Source: Phyllosticta citribraziliensis (taxonomy: Eukaryota). Taken from it: 64,000 nt of DNA. How positions within the stretch are numbered: position 1 is the stretch's first letter; each line of letters begins with the position of its first letter. Both the position numbers and the translations under genes were made by a program. This document shows, in pieces, positions 61,544 to 64,000 of the stretch. Below the pieces are notes generated by a model. It saw only the letters and a program-made list of their open reading frames with translations. It ran no database searches and had not been told where the DNA came from. The DNA lies in assembly GCF_038025025.1 (NCBI RefSeq), contig NW_027117338.1:2790001-2854000 (forward strand), given 5' to 3'.

Positions 61544-61629
61544 TTCATTTCCCGCCCTCAACCGCCAGCTGGTCTAGCGATTTCCAACTCCAACTACTCG
61601 AAGCTCACACTACACACTCTCTATCCACC

Positions 61630-62808
61630 ATGGTCTCTCTCACTGCCCTCGCGGCCCTCGCCGCCACTGTCATTTCCGGCTCCCACGCCCACATGATCAT
61701 GAAGTCGCCCGTCCCTTACGGCAAGGACTCGCTCAACAACTCGCCGCTCGACGACTCTGGCTCCGATTTCCCTTGCAAGCAGCGCTCCGGCGTCTACGAC
61801 ATTAGCGAGGTCAACTCCATGCCCGTCGGTGTCGCCCAGGAGCTTAGCTTCACTGGCTCTGCCACCCACGGCGGTGGCTCGTGCCAGCTCTCCGTCACCC
61901 TCGACCAGGAGCCCGACAAGGACAGCGAGTGGAAGGTCATTCACAGCATCGTCGGTGGCTGCCCCACGTCCGCAGCCGGCAACCTCGCGACCACGGACGG
62001 CGCCTCGACCTTCAACTTCTCCATGCCCGAGGGCATGCCCAATGGCCAGTACACGCTTGCGTGGACCTGGTTCAACAAGGTCGGCAACCGCGAGATGTAC
62101 ATGAACTGCGCCCCCATCAAGGTCACCGGCGGCGCCGACAACAACGACGTCTACAGCAAGCTCCCCGACATGTTCGTCGCCAACCTGCCCGCCGAGGAGT
62201 GCGCGATTCCCGAGAACGAAAACTTTGACTTCCCCAACCCCGGCGACTCGGTCGTCACCGCCGAGTCCACCTCGGTTGGCGCCAGCCTCTCTGGAAGCAA
62301 CTGCGCCGCCGTCACCATCAAGGGCGCCGGTGCTGGCAAGGCTGGCTCTGTTGCCTCTCCCACTGGCGACTCTGGCGCTGGTGCCACGTCTGCTCCCGCG
62401 CAAACCACGCCCGCCTACGCCTCTCCTGCAAAGTCGACTCCGGCCGTCAACACGGGCGGCGTCTTTGCTCCCGGCGCGTCGAGCGCCGCCCAGCAGACAT
62501 CATCGGCGGCGGCCGTTCCCGTCACCACCCCTGTCGCCGCCTCGACCCCTGCCACGGCCGCCGCTCCCGCCGGCACCGGCAGCTCCAGCTGCGTCCCCTG
62601 CTCGACCGACGGCGCCGTCGTCTGCATGGGCTCGTCGCAGTTCGGCCTCTGCAACTGGGGCTGCGCCGTGCCTCAGGCCGTCGCCTCCGGCACCTCGTGC
62701 ACCGACGGCAAGATTGTGCGCCGCGACGGCCGCGTCCTTCAGCGCAGCCACCTTCGCCGCGCGCACGACCGCGCCCTCGCCGTGGCCAAGCACCAGCACC
62801 ACGCTTAA
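61630..62808 (+). CDS. Secreted AA11 lytic polysaccharide monooxygenase with Ser/Thr/Ala linker and Cys-rich C-terminal module
   Basis: Signal peptide ending SHA, then His1 (HMIMKSPVPYG); DFPCK, ATHGGGSCQ, WKVIHSIVGGCP, WTWFNKVGNREMYMNCA; C-terminal CSTDG..C..FGLCNWG module. Confidence 0.93.
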   Translation: MVSLTALAALAATVISGSHAHMIMKSPVPYGKDSLNNSPLDDSGSDFPCKQRSGVYDISEVNSMPVGVAQELSFTGSATHGGGSCQLSVTLDQEPDKDSEWKVIHSIVGGCPTSAAGNLATTDGASTFNFSMPEGMPNGQYTLAWTWFNKVGNREMYMNCAPIKVTGGADNNDVYSKLPDMFVANLPAEECAIPENENFDFPNPGDSVVTAESTSVGASLSGSNCAAVTIKGAGAGKAGSVASPTGDSGAGATSAPAQTTPAYASPAKSTPAVNTGGVFAPGASSAAQQTSSAAAVPVTTPVAASTPATAAAPAGTGSSSCVPCSTDGAVVCMGSSQFGLCNWGCAVPQAVASGTSCTDGKIVRRDGRVLQRSHLRRAHDRALAVAKHQHHA

Positions 62809-63538
62809 GCGTGCGAGCCGTTCGTTCGTTCCCGCGTGCGCCGTCTGCCTGGCGCTCTCGGTGTGTACATATTGCGTGGTACATAGGGGTACAGGACCAG
62901 CCAGCGAGCAAGCTAGCAGCTAGCAGCTAGCCACCACCATCGACGCTCTCTGTTGACCAGGCGAGATGTCAACCTGTTGCTGCTCTGCTGCTGCAGGCCT
63001 GTGGTTGGTGACGAGGATGAGATCATGATCAAAAACTTCACTTCTTCCCATCCGGGGGGCACCGCCTCTTCATGCGAGGACGGCCTCTCTTTTTTTCTGC
63101 TTCTTCCCCTTCGCAACCTTCTCTTCTGCGACTCGTTGTTGCGTTATTCGCATCTAGGGGGCGTTTCCAACCGTTCACTCCAGCGTCGTCGTCTTCTGTC
63201 CTTCACCGCTCCTACTTCCTTCCTTCCTTCTTTTCTCGTCAATCTGTCGCGCCCCGGCATACGCAACCAAGCGAAGCAACTGAACAACATTGTCTGACAA
63301 TGGGGGGATGGAGTTGGGGCTGGGTGGGTGGAGGAGGACAACACAAAGCAGGGCGGCTTCTAGCATACAGGCAGGCACGGACCGAAAATAGCATTCTGGC
63401 ATGGCACTTTCTTGCGCCTACTTCCTTTTCTTTCTTCACTTGCTTTACTTTTCATGATGGGTGTGTTTCGTGTACGCGACGACCTCTGTCCTTTGTTATA
63501 TGCTTTGTTCGTGAGAGGGGGAAAATGGGCGTCGTGCC

Positions 63539-63624
63539 GTGGTGGTGGTGGTGGTGGTGGTGGTGGTGGTCTTTCTCCACATGTTTTCTCGTCTGCGGCG
63601 CTGGATATGCATCATCATCATCAT
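63539..63624. repeat. (GTG)10 and (CAT)5 microsatellites
   Basis: Read directly from the sequence at 63539-63570 and 63610-63624. Confidence 0.9.
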
Positions 63625-64000
63625 ACATACATAGCATAGCGGCATAGCCTATATCCTTTCTTCTACTTCTTGTACAAAATTCAATCAATCACGCAACGCA
63701 GTCTTGCAAACTCCAGTCCGTACGTCCTTCTCTCGCCTACGTATGTTGCCCTTCAGGCCCTTCCCTCTCTTGGAAAAGTGTACATGGTGTGCTGATCTGA
63801 TGTGACATGATGTACATACAGGTAGTGCGTCTCGTCGCCCTTGCTCCTCCCGCTCCCCATCCTCCTCCTCGTCCCCTCTCCCAGCCCCCCGCCCTCGACT
63901 CTCTGCACGTTGACGCGAAAGAAGAAGCGTGCATCACATACTCCCTCGCTCGCCCCGCTCCCCACAGATACTTGCATATGGTGCGACGGCGACGGCGACG

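Noticed and set aside
1..64000. tRNA, rRNA, telomerase-template, CRISPR-like arrays, TGA-CTA readthrough PTS1 signals, LTR/TIR elements
   Set aside because: None recognised by eye; tRNAscan-SE, Infernal and RepeatModeler would be needed to exclude them formally.

Overview
Gene-dense, GC-rich eukaryotic DNA from a filamentous ascomycete (Pezizomycotina; short GT-AG introns with CTRAC/CTAAC branch sites, fungal-type RPB2, a Zn2Cys6 factor and an AA11 LPMO). About 25 protein-coding genes can be supported. Housekeeping genes: RPA43, RPB2, DSK2/ubiquilin, cyclophilin-RRM PPIL4/Rct1, condensin YCG1/Cnd3, cysteine synthase, ribokinase, STE23/IDE, YIH1/IMPACT, a membrane DnaJ and a CID protein. Metabolic or accessory genes: NmrA-like oxidoreductase, ferric/cupric reductase, ferroportin, quinone oxidoreductase, type II FMO, EthD protein and an AA11 LPMO. 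There are also several orphans. I saw no tRNA/rRNA, intact transposon, RIP-like AT-rich block or secondary-metabolite backbone gene. The best leads are a tandem pair of paralogous ~88-aa membrane microproteins, a probable fungal coilin, repeated copper-response-like elements upstream of the reductase (which lies one gene from a ferroportin), an apparently multi-targeted IDE, a Gag-like triple zinc-knuckle orphan and an uncharacterised DxD glycosyltransferase-like protein. All family calls come from motifs recognised by eye; no database searches were run.
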